The translations under genes and the position numbers were made by a program. Under the pieces are notes generated by a model, which searched no databases, had not been told where the DNA came from, and worked only from the letters and a program-made list of their open reading frames with translations. A DNA stretch of 64,000 nucleotides from a virus (Duplodnaviria; Caudoviricetes): the IMG/VR virus record IMGVR_UViG_2811995368_000001, positions 11,894-75,893 of that record. One strand, written 5' to 3'. Shown here piece by piece: positions 26,038 through 35,441 of the stretch. Numbering within the stretch: the first letter of the stretch is position 1; the number at the start of each line of letters is the position of its first letter.

Positions 26038-27735
26038 ATGAGTACCGCTTTCGTGCGACAACTCGGTGCGGAATCCGGCGTTCAGCTCAACCCGCTGCGC
26101 GACAACTCCGAGATTCCCGCCGGTGATAACTCCGACCAGGTGTTCGGGATCATGATGCGGGCCACTCGTGGCCGTATCGACAAGCCGTTCGCCGTGGATC
26201 GCGGCAACGTGTTCAAGAAGCTGGGCAGCGGCGAGCAGATGCGCCTGTCCGCGCTCAACGAGGCGTGGGTGCATGTGGTGGAAGCCCTGAATAAGGGTGC
26301 CTACCAGGCCATCATTCAGCGCCTTTCGACGACTTCCGCCGCCATCAAGTGGCTGGTGGTGGCCGTCGAAATGACGCCCGGCGATGCCGAGGCCGTCCCG
26401 CCCGTGCTTCCGGCGCCGACCGGCGATTTCACCTACACGGTGATGACCGAGGATGCGTTCGAGGAACTGGAAACCCCGTTCCTGTTCGCCGTCAAGCACC
26501 TGGAATGCCACAACGACGGCATCCAGATCGAGTTCCGCGCCGAATCGGTGCAGGACGCCGGCCTGGATGTTGCCAATGACAAGCTGACCCTGCGCCTGCG
26601 CGACAAGGACGACAACCTGCTGTACGAGTTCTACGGCTCGCTGAAGGCCGATTCCAAGGACGACTACGGCAACTCGAACTACCTGCCCGACGTGGCCCAG
26701 TCCCAGACCGATGCCGTCGAATTGCAGACTGGCGTCCTGGGTGCTGCTGCCGTCATCGCCGCCGGCTCCGAAGCCTACGGCTACGACACCAACGGACGCC
26801 AGCAATGGGCGAAGTCCGGCGTGCAGGTGTGCTTCTCCGAGGGTGGCACGGCCTACACCACGCAGGACTACATGGGCGCGCGCGAAAAGCTGCAATACAC
26901 GCAGTTCGACTACGCCTATATCTCGTCCGGCGGCACGCAGGCACCGGCCTTGCTGGCGCAGCTCGCGCAACTGGCGTTCGACACGAACCGCCAGCTTCGC
27001 TTCGACATCCCCGGCAGCCTGTCGGTGGAGGCGGCCATCGCGTTCGTCAATCAGCTCAACATGGGTGCCAGCCAGACCGCGCACCTGATGCACGCCTTCT
27101 GGGCGCCGCTGAAGAGCGACGACCCGACGGGCGTGAATCCCAACGGCTACATCGGCGCGGCGACGCTCAACATCGCCTACGCCTGCGGTCGTAACGCCCA
27201 GGTGAATGCCAAGGGCTTCGCGCCGAAGAATTACCCGGTGGCGGGCCGCGAGTGGGCCATCCAGCGCACGAAGATTTCGCAGACCGTCAAGCTGCGCGAC
27301 CAGGACTTGAACGCGCTCGCGCGGGCCAAGATCAACCCGGTGGTGTACGAAACCTACACCGGCGGCGGGCGCTACGTCTTCCGCGATTCGCTGACCTGCG
27401 CGCTGGTCGAATCCAGCCTCAAGAAGCTGATCGCGGTGGCGGATATGTCCACCAGCATCGACGAGGCCGTGACACGCGCCGCGAAGGACAACCTGCAACT
27501 GCCGATGGACATGGCGGTGAAGAAGACCAAGGACTTCCTGCAAACCCTCTTCGAGGGCGCGGAGGCGTCCAAGTGGATCGTGCCTTCCAGCGAGCCGGAA
27601 ATGGGCGGCAAGGCGTTCGTGTATGACGTGCGTCCCAATGAAGTCCGGCCCTACGAGGACATGGACGTGACCTACGCCCTGCGCTACGACGGCACGAACC
27701 GCCGCACCTTCGTGACGCAGACCTTGAGCAAGTAA
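26038..27735 (+). CDS. Tail sheath protein (P1 gp22-like)
   Basis: 565 aa; RGRIDKPFAV N-terminus, LARAKINPV, YVFRDSLT sheath-like C-terminus. Confidence 0.75.
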   Translation: MSTAFVRQLGAESGVQLNPLRDNSEIPAGDNSDQVFGIMMRATRGRIDKPFAVDRGNVFKKLGSGEQMRLSALNEAWVHVVEALNKGAYQAIIQRLSTTSAAIKWLVVAVEMTPGDAEAVPPVLPAPTGDFTYTVMTEDAFEELETPFLFAVKHLECHNDGIQIEFRAESVQDAGLDVANDKLTLRLRDKDDNLLYEFYGSLKADSKDDYGNSNYLPDVAQSQTDAVELQTGVLGAAAVIAAGSEAYGYDTNGRQQWAKSGVQVCFSEGGTAYTTQDYMGAREKLQYTQFDYAYISSGGTQAPALLAQLAQLAFDTNRQLRFDIPGSLSVEAAIAFVNQLNMGASQTAHLMHAFWAPLKSDDPTGVNPNGYIGAATLNIAYACGRNAQVNAKGFAPKNYPVAGREWAIQRTKISQTVKLRDQDLNALARAKINPVVYETYTGGGRYVFRDSLTCALVESSLKKLIAVADMSTSIDEAVTRAAKDNLQLPMDMAVKKTKDFLQTLFEGAEASKWIVPSSEPEMGGKAFVYDVRPNEVRPYEDMDVTYALRYDGTNRRTFVTQTLSK

Positions 27736-27775
27736 CCGCCACCCGCAAACCGTATAGAGGAAAGGAAGCAAAACC

Positions 27776-28465
27776 ATGACGAATCTGACTGAAATGCTGC
27801 GTGGCGCGCTCAAGCGCCCGGATCCCGCAGCCAAGAAGCCGGTGCTTGACGCCGCCGACGACGAACCGAGCCTGTCCGGCGCCGACGACTACACCATCGC
27901 CGACATTTCCGTGTCGGCGGTGGCTGCCGTCCAACAATGGGCGGAAACCGACGACCTGGACGATGGCGAAAGCTACGCCGACCGCCTGATGGCCCTCTTC
28001 GTGGGTATCGCCGACGCCAACAAGGACGGCGACATCACCGAGGACGAGCAAGGCGTGCTGCAAGTGGCGCTCAACACCGCCTGGGACTACCTCGTGAAGT
28101 GCGGCGTGTCCGACGAGGACGCCGGCGCGCTGCTGAACGACTGGGATAGCGACGCTGCCGACCGCGTGCGCGACCTGGTGGCGTCCGTGCTGCCCGATGG
28201 TGAAGACGATGCCGGCTCCGACATCGACGCCTTCGTGTTCTCGGACGACGACCAGGAAGCCGCGCTGGACGCCGCCTATCGCAAGAAGGTGGTCATCCGT
28301 GGCGGCAAGAAGGTGCGCATCAACAAGCGCATTTCCGGCCACGTCCGCCTGTCCGCCAAGCAGAAAGTCGCCATCCGCAAGGCGCGGATGAAGAGCCATT
28401 CCGCCGGGGCGATGATGCGCCGCATGAAGTCCATGCGCATCCGCCAGCGCGCGGGCCTGAAGTAA
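27776..28465 (+). CDS. Acidic head/core protein with EF-hand-like loop and basic tail
   Basis: DANKDGDITEDE; C-terminal SAKQKVAIRKARMKSH...RAGLK. Confidence 0.6.
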   Translation: MTNLTEMLRGALKRPDPAAKKPVLDAADDEPSLSGADDYTIADISVSAVAAVQQWAETDDLDDGESYADRLMALFVGIADANKDGDITEDEQGVLQVALNTAWDYLVKCGVSDEDAGALLNDWDSDAADRVRDLVASVLPDGEDDAGSDIDAFVFSDDDQEAALDAAYRKKVVIRGGKKVRINKRISGHVRLSAKQKVAIRKARMKSHSAGAMMRRMKSMRIRQRAGLK

Positions 28466-28493
28466 GAAGTTCTCCTTGCCATGATGGGGCCTT

Positions 28494-28530
28494 GGGCGCT
28501 GCTGCGAGAGCGGTAGCGCCCTCTTTTCTT
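28494..28530 (+). terminator. Intrinsic terminator
   Basis: GGGCGCTGCTGC-GAGA-GCGGTAGCGCCC followed by TCTTTTCTT. Confidence 0.75.
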
Positions 28531-28532
28531 CT

Positions 28533-29354
28533 ATGCCGAACGTACCTATTCCCGGTTCCGTACCCAGCCTTACCGCTCCGGCCCTTGGGTCTTTGTGGGA
28601 CGGGCTTTCGCCGCACCTGATCGCCAGCTTCTACGAGGTGGCGAAAACTGGCGAGAACTCGTGGGGGCAAATCCCAGATAAGACGGATCCCATCGTCGTT
28701 AGGGGGCCACTCGTCGATTCCAACCTTGAATCTGTTTTGAATTGGCAAAGCCCGTTCGAGCAGGCTGGGCCGGAATCGAAGGCTCCGGCATTGTTTGCCA
28801 TGCTTCAGTCCGGCGCGCTTCAGCCCATCGTCGATTCGCTCAATCCATTCGCCAGCAAGAAGTCGGCATCGGATCCGCAATCACAACAGCAGGCCGAGAC
28901 GTTTCTCAAGCAGTTCGAGGGCCGCACTGGCATCACGAAGCTGAACAGCACGCAGGTGTTCAACGGGATGCCGCCGGTGAAGATCACGGTCACTGTCTTG
29001 TTCCGTGCTTGGCGCGATGCGGCAAACGAGGTCGAGGCCCCGTTCAACAAGCTGATGGAGTGGGCATTGCCCATCGAACTTGCCAAGGACGGTTCATTGT
29101 TGTCGCGTGCCGCCGAAATGGCAAAGGGGACGATGGGTTACGTCGAGGCATTGCTTCCGTCGAAGTCGCCAACGCGGATTGCCATGAAATACAAGGGCAA
29201 CCTCTATTCCCCGCTGGTCATCGAATCCATCGGGATGCCAATGAATTCCCCCGTGGATGCGAACGGAAGATACGTCGAGCTTCTTGTTCCCATGACCCTC
29301 TGCACGCTGACCGCCATTGACCGCTCCGATTGGAAGCAGGTCAGCAAAAAATAA
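28533..29354 (+). CDS. Tail/baseplate morphogenesis protein
   Basis: 273 aa ORF; context only. Confidence 0.55.
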   Translation: MPNVPIPGSVPSLTAPALGSLWDGLSPHLIASFYEVAKTGENSWGQIPDKTDPIVVRGPLVDSNLESVLNWQSPFEQAGPESKAPALFAMLQSGALQPIVDSLNPFASKKSASDPQSQQQAETFLKQFEGRTGITKLNSTQVFNGMPPVKITVTVLFRAWRDAANEVEAPFNKLMEWALPIELAKDGSLLSRAAEMAKGTMGYVEALLPSKSPTRIAMKYKGNLYSPLVIESIGMPMNSPVDANGRYVELLVPMTLCTLTAIDRSDWKQVSKK

Positions 29355-29363
29355 GGAGCCACG

Positions 29364-30137
29364 ATGATTTATTTCCCACCCCTGCGCACGCGCCGCTTGA
29401 CGGTGCAACTGCGCGAACTATCCATCGGCGATTCGCTGACCCTGGCCGCTATGCCGGGCCACATGGAAGAGGCCAGCACCACGGCCTTCCTGCGCTGTGC
29501 GGTCGATGCTGCCAAGGTTGCCGTGGAAGACCCGGCGCGCTGGACGGTGCAGGAGCGCATCCTGGCCGTCTGCCACTACCTTTCCGCCACGACCGAGGAT
29601 GGCCCCGACTTCTCGCTGGGCGAGGGGCACTACTCTGATTACCTGCAAGGCGAGGCCGACATCCAGACTTCGGTGCAGGCCGTCGAGGTGGGCGAGGTCG
29701 GCGGCGACACCTGGCATGTCCGCCACCTGACCGGCGCGATGGCTGAATCCATCGAACGCATGGCCGGCGAGATCGAGGGGCTTTCGGGCCGCCTGCATTG
29801 GCTCTTCGGCGCGATGGCCGCGCAACTGGTGCGCACCGGCGAGGAAGTGCCGGACGCCGCCGCCGGCGAGGGCGCATTCGACGAGTTCTTGCTGTCGCGC
29901 GTGATGGTGCTGAAGGGCTACCCGGAAAGCGACTTCGCCAAGCTGATGACGCTGTACCTCGAAGGGCGCGACAAGCTGCACCACTTCTTCAAGCTGGAAT
30001 TCACCGAGGACGGCATCGTGGCTATGCCGAAAGGAGGGGCGGCGGGCAACCTGCCGCCGGCCCGATTTCCGGTTCATACCTGTCTCTCCCGAATGGCGCG
30101 CGAGCTGGTCGGAAAACCTGATGGGGACGGCATCTAG
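29364..30137 (+). CDS. Tail morphogenesis protein
   Basis: 257 aa ORF, TAAGGAG RBS. Confidence 0.55.
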   Translation: MIYFPPLRTRRLTVQLRELSIGDSLTLAAMPGHMEEASTTAFLRCAVDAAKVAVEDPARWTVQERILAVCHYLSATTEDGPDFSLGEGHYSDYLQGEADIQTSVQAVEVGEVGGDTWHVRHLTGAMAESIERMAGEIEGLSGRLHWLFGAMAAQLVRTGEEVPDAAAGEGAFDEFLLSRVMVLKGYPESDFAKLMTLYLEGRDKLHHFFKLEFTEDGIVAMPKGGAAGNLPPARFPVHTCLSRMARELVGKPDGDGI

Positions 30138-30348
30138 CCTCACCCTATATTCATCCACATCACTTAACGACGCCCTGGCGATGCAGCCCAGCGTCGTCAA
30201 GCGGTTCTTCGAGGGAAGGCCGTTTGAGGATTGGAAAAAGGGAAAGGAAGCAGAGTTGAAAACCCATGCCGCAGCCGTTGATCGCCTGAACACCGTGATT
30301 CGCTCTATCGGCAATCTCGGCAAGGTGCTTGCCCGTCGGAGGATGTAA
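30121..30348 (+). CDS. Small morphogenesis protein
   Basis: 75 aa ORF overlapping upstream gene. Confidence 0.5.
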   Translation: MGTASSLTLYSSTSLNDALAMQPSVVKRFFEGRPFEDWKKGKEAELKTHAAAVDRLNTVIRSIGNLGKVLARRRM

Positions 30349-30350
30349 AG

Positions 30351-30710
30351 ATGCTGGACGGACTTCCACCCGAACAGAAAGTAGGCGGCACGGCTGGCCT
30401 GATGTTGCTTGGCTTCATGATCCTGCGATGGATTGGTCTGCGCGTCAGCAAGGACGCCGTGACCCTCAAGGCCGATGCTTCCGACCGTGACGCCTTTACC
30501 AGGTTGCAGAAGCGCGTCGAAGACCTCGATGAGCGCCTTGCCGAGGTCGAGGCGGCGCGCAATCACATCTTCGGCTTCGTGACGAAGTGCATGGCGTACA
30601 TCAGCCGCTGCGAGTGCGACGGCGTGGAGCCGCCGACGCGCGAAGAGTTGCAGCGCGACTACTACGACCTGATCCAGGGCATGACGGACAAATTCAAGAA
30701 GGGGGGCTGA
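30351..30710 (+). CDS. Lysis-associated membrane protein (holin/antiholin-like)
   Basis: One N-terminal TM plus coiled coil, directly before endolysin. Confidence 0.55.
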   Translation: MLDGLPPEQKVGGTAGLMLLGFMILRWIGLRVSKDAVTLKADASDRDAFTRLQKRVEDLDERLAEVEAARNHIFGFVTKCMAYISRCECDGVEPPTREELQRDYYDLIQGMTDKFKKGG

Positions 30711-30711
30711 T

Positions 30712-31320
30712 ATGGCGACGCCTGAATCCAAGCGGCTGATCCACGCCGACTTCCTGAAGGCGGCCCTGCTGCTTTCCGTTCCTGTGGCAGCGGTCAAGGC
30801 CGTCACCGAGGTTGAAAGCCGTGGCTCCGGCTTCTATGACGACGGGCGCCCCGTCATCCTGTTCGAGCGGCACATCATGTACCGCCGGCTGAAGGATGCC
30901 ATCGGCCCGCAGATGACCGAGAGCTATGCCAAAAGCCACCCCGGCGTCGTCAATGCGACGCCGGGCGGCTACCGTGGCGGCGTCGCCGAGTGCGACCGCC
31001 TGGACGAGGCGGCAAAAATTCATCGAGCCTGCGCGCTTGAGTCCGCGAGCTGGGGCCTGTTCCAGATCATGGGCTTTCACTGGCAACTGCTGGGCTATGG
31101 CTCCGTGCAGGAGTTCATCAACGCCATGTACCGCGACGAGGCTGCGCAACTGGACGCCTTTGTGCGCTTCGTGAAGGCGAATCCGGCCATCTGGTCGGCG
31201 CTGAAGGCCCAGGACTGGGCGAAGTTCGCCAAGAACTACAACGGCCCGAACTACGCCGCCAACAAGTACGACACCAAGATGGCCGCCGCTTTCGAGCGGC
31301 ACGATACGGAACTCGCCTGA
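30712..31320 (+). CDS. Endolysin, N-acetylmuramidase (DUF3380 family)
   Basis: AVTEVESRG, ILFERH, SWGLFQIMGFH, FAKNYNGP. Confidence 0.93.
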   Translation: MATPESKRLIHADFLKAALLLSVPVAAVKAVTEVESRGSGFYDDGRPVILFERHIMYRRLKDAIGPQMTESYAKSHPGVVNATPGGYRGGVAECDRLDEAAKIHRACALESASWGLFQIMGFHWQLLGYGSVQEFINAMYRDEAAQLDAFVRFVKANPAIWSALKAQDWAKFAKNYNGPNYAANKYDTKMAAAFERHDTELA

Positions 31321-31340
31321 TGGCGGAAAGGAACAGCGAC

Positions 31341-31583
31341 ATGGCGCTCAAGGATCTCATCACCGACTACGACGGCGAAACGCTGGAAACCGGACGGGTT
31401 GCCGCCATCGTCGGCATCGTGGCCTTCATCGTCCTGGCCGCCTGGGGCGTGATCGCCCAGGGCAAGGACTTCGACATGCAGGCGTTCGGCATCGGCTTCG
31501 GCTCGCTGGTCGGTGGCCTGGGCGTGTATCTGATGGGCGACAAGAGCAAGCCCAAGGAGCACGCCGGAGGCGAGGCGCAATGA
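31341..31583 (+). CDS. Holin-like two-TM protein
   Basis: Two hydrophobic helices, between endolysin and spanins. Confidence 0.55.
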   Translation: MALKDLITDYDGETLETGRVAAIVGIVAFIVLAAWGVIAQGKDFDMQAFGIGFGSLVGGLGVYLMGDKSKPKEHAGGEAQ

Positions 31584-32005
31584 ACCCGCTCAACCCTTTG
31601 CTGTGGAAGGCGCTGGGCGTCATCGCCATGATCGCCGTGGGAATCGGGCTTGGCTACAAGGCTACGTCCGCTTACTACTCGCCCAAGGTGGCCGCCCTCG
31701 AAACGCAGCTCAAGGCGGCCAATGAGCGCGCCGATTCTTTCGAGCAGTCCTACAACGCCGTCGCCGTCGCCGCGCAGAAGCAGAACGACGAGCTGACCAA
31801 GCTGGTTGCACAGGCGCAGGAGCGCGAGAAGCGGGCGCAGGCCGCCGCCGAGAAGGCCAAGGCCGAATCTGCCGGCTACCAGGCGCAGGCCGCCGCCATC
31901 ATGCAGTCCCAGCCGCCCGCCGGCGCAGACGAATGCACCGCTGCCGCCGCAGCGGGTGCCGCGTTCGACGCGGAGCTGAAAGCCGAGCGAGGAAAGAAAC
32001 CATGA
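31580..32005 (+). CDS. i-spanin (Rz-like)
   Basis: N-terminal TM followed by Ala/Gln coiled coil. Confidence 0.75.
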   Translation: MNPLNPLLWKALGVIAMIAVGIGLGYKATSAYYSPKVAALETQLKAANERADSFEQSYNAVAVAAQKQNDELTKLVAQAQEREKRAQAAAEKAKAESAGYQAQAAAIMQSQPPAGADECTAAAAAGAAFDAELKAERGKKP

Positions 32006-32277
32006 TGCACCGTATCCACTTCATCGCCATGCTGGCCGCCCTGATGGTGCTGGCCGGCTGCGCCACTCCCGCGCAGCGCGCGCCCGACGTGCAGCAGGTG
32101 TTCATCCCCACGCCGGTGCCGTGCAAGCTGTCCGCGCCCACGAAGCCGGCCTTCGCCGTGGATGCGCTGTCTGTCGGCTCTGGCGTCTTCCGGCAGATGT
32201 CGGCCCTGCGCGCCGAGCGCAAGCAGCGCCAGGGCTACGAGGCCGAGCTGGAAGCGGCCATCAAGTCCTGCCAGTAG
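32002..32277 (+). CDS. o-spanin lipoprotein (Rz1-like)
   Basis: Lipobox LAGC, Pro-rich mature part. Confidence 0.8.
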   Translation: MMHRIHFIAMLAALMVLAGCATPAQRAPDVQQVFIPTPVPCKLSAPTKPAFAVDALSVGSGVFRQMSALRAERKQRQGYEAELEAAIKSCQ

Positions 32278-32280
32278 CGC

Positions 32281-32321
32281 GGAAAACTGCGCCGGGTGCA
32301 GGTCATGGTGTGCCATACAGT
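32281..32321 (+). promoter_or_regulatory. Candidate late promoter 3
   Basis: GGAAAA at 32281, TACAGT at 32316. Confidence 0.65.
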
Positions 32322-32360
32322 GAGCAGGTACGTCTCCATCCCCTACGAAAGGACAACGAC

Positions 32361-32861
32361 ATGACCGTTTCTACCTCTGCCCTTTTGAAGGGGCACTACG
32401 ACGCGACCCGCGCCTTGGGCGCCAAGGCTATTTCCAGCGACTTCTCCCTGGAAATCGAGGGCTTCGAGCAAAGCTGGCTGAAGTGCAAGCAGTTCCCGTG
32501 GCCGCAGACCGCGCCCGCCGGCGAAATCGAAGTTCCGATGCCGCTGGGTTCGATGATGTACCAGGCCCAGCAAATCAAGATCGCCCACCAGGGCCAAATC
32601 TCCCTGCTGGAAGACGTGGCCGGCAGTGTCGATCAGATGCTGGTCAATCTCATCGCCAAGGGCGGCTACTTCAACGCCAAGGTGTATGAAGGCACGCCGC
32701 AGCAGTACCTGCGCGTCAAGCGCATCGTCGATTGCTTCATCCAGGTGGATGACCCCGACCGCGACTGGGAGAACCGCTCGCAGGTGCTGATGATTACCGG
32801 CACGGCGTTCTTCCACTACTTCGGCGAAACCACCGCCGGCAACTCGAACGACTACCGCTAA
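32361..32861 (+). CDS. Tail tube-like protein
   Basis: 166 aa, AAAGGA RBS; beta-rich tube-like sequence; context. Confidence 0.6.
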   Translation: MTVSTSALLKGHYDATRALGAKAISSDFSLEIEGFEQSWLKCKQFPWPQTAPAGEIEVPMPLGSMMYQAQQIKIAHQGQISLLEDVAGSVDQMLVNLIAKGGYFNAKVYEGTPQQYLRVKRIVDCFIQVDDPDRDWENRSQVLMITGTAFFHYFGETTAGNSNDYR

Positions 32862-33244
32862 TGGCAATGCTCTCCGCGCTGGCTTCGCAGTTCGCCACGC
32901 AAGAGCGGCCCGCCGGCAATCTGCTGGACGAGGAAACGGTACTTGCGCAAGCGATGGCGGCCACCCGGTTCTATGCCGGGTATGCCGTCATCCGCGCGCG
33001 CGAGGGCGCCGACCCGGTTCCAGCCATCGACGGCGACCTGGAAATCAACGAATCCGAGTGGGCGTTGATTCGCCCCCTGTTCCTGCTGTACGTCGAGCGC
33101 GAGACGGCCTTGCAGCTCGAAGCGTCGCGCGGCATGGGTGTCGATCCCTTCGGGCGCTCTGCCAGCGAGATTGCCGGCGACATCGCCCAGATCGAGGCGG
33201 AAATGCCGCATAGGGCCTTCTTCCAACCCATCCTGACGGTGTAG
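32861..33244 (+). CDS. Virion morphogenesis protein
   Basis: 127 aa ORF, TAATG overlap. Confidence 0.55.
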   Translation: MAMLSALASQFATQERPAGNLLDEETVLAQAMAATRFYAGYAVIRAREGADPVPAIDGDLEINESEWALIRPLFLLYVERETALQLEASRGMGVDPFGRSASEIAGDIAQIEAEMPHRAFFQPILTV

Positions 33245-33246
33245 CC

Positions 33247-34143
33247 GTGATTGTGACCTTCGCCGACGGTAAGCAGCTTCGCGGCGACCTCATCAAGTCC
33301 GCCACGCTACGCTCTGACCTATCCCCCATCCCTCTTACGCTGGAAGCCGAGATCCGGGCCGGCGACGACGGGCTGGACAAGCGCCTTGCCGAGGGCCAGG
33401 TGCTGACCGTTGGCAGCGACGCGCTGCGCATCGTCAAGTCCAAGCGCATCGCCGGGCGCTCCGCCCAAGGGCAGCGTGACATGGAAGCCTACAGCGTGAC
33501 CGCGCTGCTCGATGCGTGTCAGGGCGCCGCCTACGTGCGCAGCCGGGCCATCATCAAGGAGAACGCCTCGCTGGCCGCCATCTACCGGGCCGCCGGAGCG
33601 ACCATCAGGGGCGTGGATGCCGACTTCCCGGTGCCGCGCTTCTGCTGCCCCGTGGGCGACACCCCGACCTTCCACATTGCCCGCCTGCTGCAAGAAGAGG
33701 GCGGCGCGGTGCGCTGGAAGGGCGGCAAGCTGCAATTCGTCCGTCTGGGCGACCTGTTCAAGCAGGCCACGGTGCTGACGCTGCCCGATAACACTTCCGA
33801 GGACGTGGAGAGCGGCTTTCTCGAACGGCATACCGTGCCGTGGTTCTTCTCGCTGGCCGCATCAGGCGAAGCGGTATTCGGCAACCGGGACAAGCCGCGC
33901 GCGGTGCGGTTTTCACCCTTCAAGGATGCCCAGCGCCTGCGCAACATGACGCGCTGCCTCGTGCATCGCAAGACCTCGCGCACGACCCTTCGCGGGAACG
34001 TCGTGGCTGGCGACCTGATCGCCTACGCCGGTGGCGCCAAGCTGGCGGTCATCACGGCAGCCCATGTCTTCGGCAGCGGCACGGACGACGGCGGTGCGCA
34101 GGAAGCCTACACCCGGCTCTGGGTAGGGAGCCTCGAAGAATGA
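33247..34143 (+). CDS. Baseplate hub-like protein
   Basis: 298 aa directly before spike gene. Confidence 0.55.
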   Translation: MIVTFADGKQLRGDLIKSATLRSDLSPIPLTLEAEIRAGDDGLDKRLAEGQVLTVGSDALRIVKSKRIAGRSAQGQRDMEAYSVTALLDACQGAAYVRSRAIIKENASLAAIYRAAGATIRGVDADFPVPRFCCPVGDTPTFHIARLLQEEGGAVRWKGGKLQFVRLGDLFKQATVLTLPDNTSEDVESGFLERHTVPWFFSLAASGEAVFGNRDKPRAVRFSPFKDAQRLRNMTRCLVHRKTSRTTLRGNVVAGDLIAYAGGAKLAVITAAHVFGSGTDDGGAQEAYTRLWVGSLEE

Positions 34144-34766
34144 AGGCCGGCGAATCCTACGGTTTCCTGCCTGGCCGCTATCCGGCCATCGTGCGCGGCT
34201 ACGATGCCGACGCGCGCATGTGCCGAGTGGAGATTCCGGGCCTGACCGACGGCGGCGATGTGCTGCCGCTGGCTGAAATCGAGTATTCCCTGGGCGACAA
34301 GTCGCGCGCCGGCGCGAACACCACTGAAATCGAAATCACGGCGGGCGATCCCGTCTGGGTTGCCTTCATCGGCGGCGATGCTCGCTACCCCATCATCACC
34401 GGCTACCGTAACCCGCAGGCGGGAAATTCGACGGGCTGGCGGCGCTGGCACCATGCCAACATGGAATTGCTCGCCGATGCGCTGATGAACCTGATCGCCC
34501 AGGGCGACGTGCTCATCAAGTCCGGCTCGCATGTCACGGTGCAGGCCCCGCAGGCAACGATTGATTCGCCAGAAACGACCTGTACCGGCAATCTGACTGT
34601 GGCCGGCGGCCTGACGGTGCAAGGCGCCGGCGGCAAGGCATCCACGGTGAATGGTGGCTTTGCCGTCGAGGGCGGTTCCCTGACGCACAACGGCAAGAAC
34701 GTGGGTAGCGACCACAAGCACGGTGGCGTAGCGAAGGGCGGCTCCAACACCGACGACCCGATTTGA
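34140..34766 (+). CDS. Baseplate central spike (gpV-like)
   Basis: OB-fold N-terminus (RVEIPGL, GDPVWVAFIGGD..YPII), beta-helix, terminal HKH metal motif. Confidence 0.85.
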   Translation: MKAGESYGFLPGRYPAIVRGYDADARMCRVEIPGLTDGGDVLPLAEIEYSLGDKSRAGANTTEIEITAGDPVWVAFIGGDARYPIITGYRNPQAGNSTGWRRWHHANMELLADALMNLIAQGDVLIKSGSHVTVQAPQATIDSPETTCTGNLTVAGGLTVQGAGGKASTVNGGFAVEGGSLTHNGKNVGSDHKHGGVAKGGSNTDDPI

Positions 34767-34786
34767 AAGAGAAAGGAAACCAGACC

Positions 34787-35269
34787 ATGAAAAACCTGCT
34801 TTTCAGCTTTGAAGACCTGTCCGCCAAGGACAAGGCGGCCAAGCAGGCCGTCCGCTTCTTCTCGCGCGCCGGCGCGAATGTCGTGCAGCAGGACGTGCCT
34901 GCCACGGTGAAGCGTTCGTCCGGCATCACCTACCGGGAAATGACCCTGACCTTCGCCGATTCTCAGCAGGTGGTGCTGCGCATCAAGCAGTCGGGCGACA
35001 TCTTCCAGGTGCTGGTGAATGGCAAGGCGCTTCCCATCAAGAACCAGGACGACCATGTGAAGGCCATCGCGGAAATCGTGCAGGCGCTGGACGCCGGGCG
35101 CGTCAAGTTCCAGAAGACGCTCGCCGCCGCGAAGGTGCGCCCGCCCGCCGGGATTCGCACCGCCGCGCCGAAGATGGAACAGGTACTGACCCAGAAGCGC
35201 GACGCCCTGAAGGAATCCATTGCGTCCGTGCGCGAGCAGATCGCCAGCCTGGCACCCGCCGCCGCCTGA
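34787..35269 (+). CDS. Hdf-like protein (DarA N-terminal homologue)
   Basis: KRSSGI...FADSQ...GDIFQVLVNGK pattern; upstream of DarA-like gene as in P1. Confidence 0.65.
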   Translation: MKNLLFSFEDLSAKDKAAKQAVRFFSRAGANVVQQDVPATVKRSSGITYREMTLTFADSQQVVLRIKQSGDIFQVLVNGKALPIKNQDDHVKAIAEIVQALDAGRVKFQKTLAAAKVRPPAGIRTAAPKMEQVLTQKRDALKESIASVREQIASLAPAAA

Positions 35270-35273
35270 CACC

Positions 35274-35414
35274 ATGAGCAGCAGTACCGCGCCGCAGCCG
35301 CAGCCAGAATCACCGGCCAAGCGGCTGCGCGCGATGGCCGATGAAATGGCCGACATCTGCATCCTCATCCACCAGATTGCCGCCGACCTTCAGGCGGAAA
35401 ACTCCCCGAATTGA
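35274..35414 (+). CDS. Small hypothetical protein
   Basis: 46 aa ORF filling gap. Confidence 0.3.
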   Translation: MSSSTAPQPQPESPAKRLRAMADEMADICILIHQIAADLQAENSPN

Positions 35415-35435
35415 CAGGCAAGCGGGCCATACCAT
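35396..35435 (+). promoter_or_regulatory. Candidate late promoter 4 (leaderless)
   Basis: GGAAAA at 35396, TACCAT at 35430, ATG at 35442 with no RBS. Confidence 0.68.
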
Positions 35436-35441
35436 GCCTGC

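Noticed and set aside
29364-30348. Programmed frameshift between overlapping tail genes
   Set aside because: No convincing slippery heptamer at the overlap; not next to the tape measure gene
35411-35416. TTGACA as sigma70 -35 for the DarA-like gene
   Set aside because: Only 13 nt from TACCAT; the shared GGAAAA motif explains the site better
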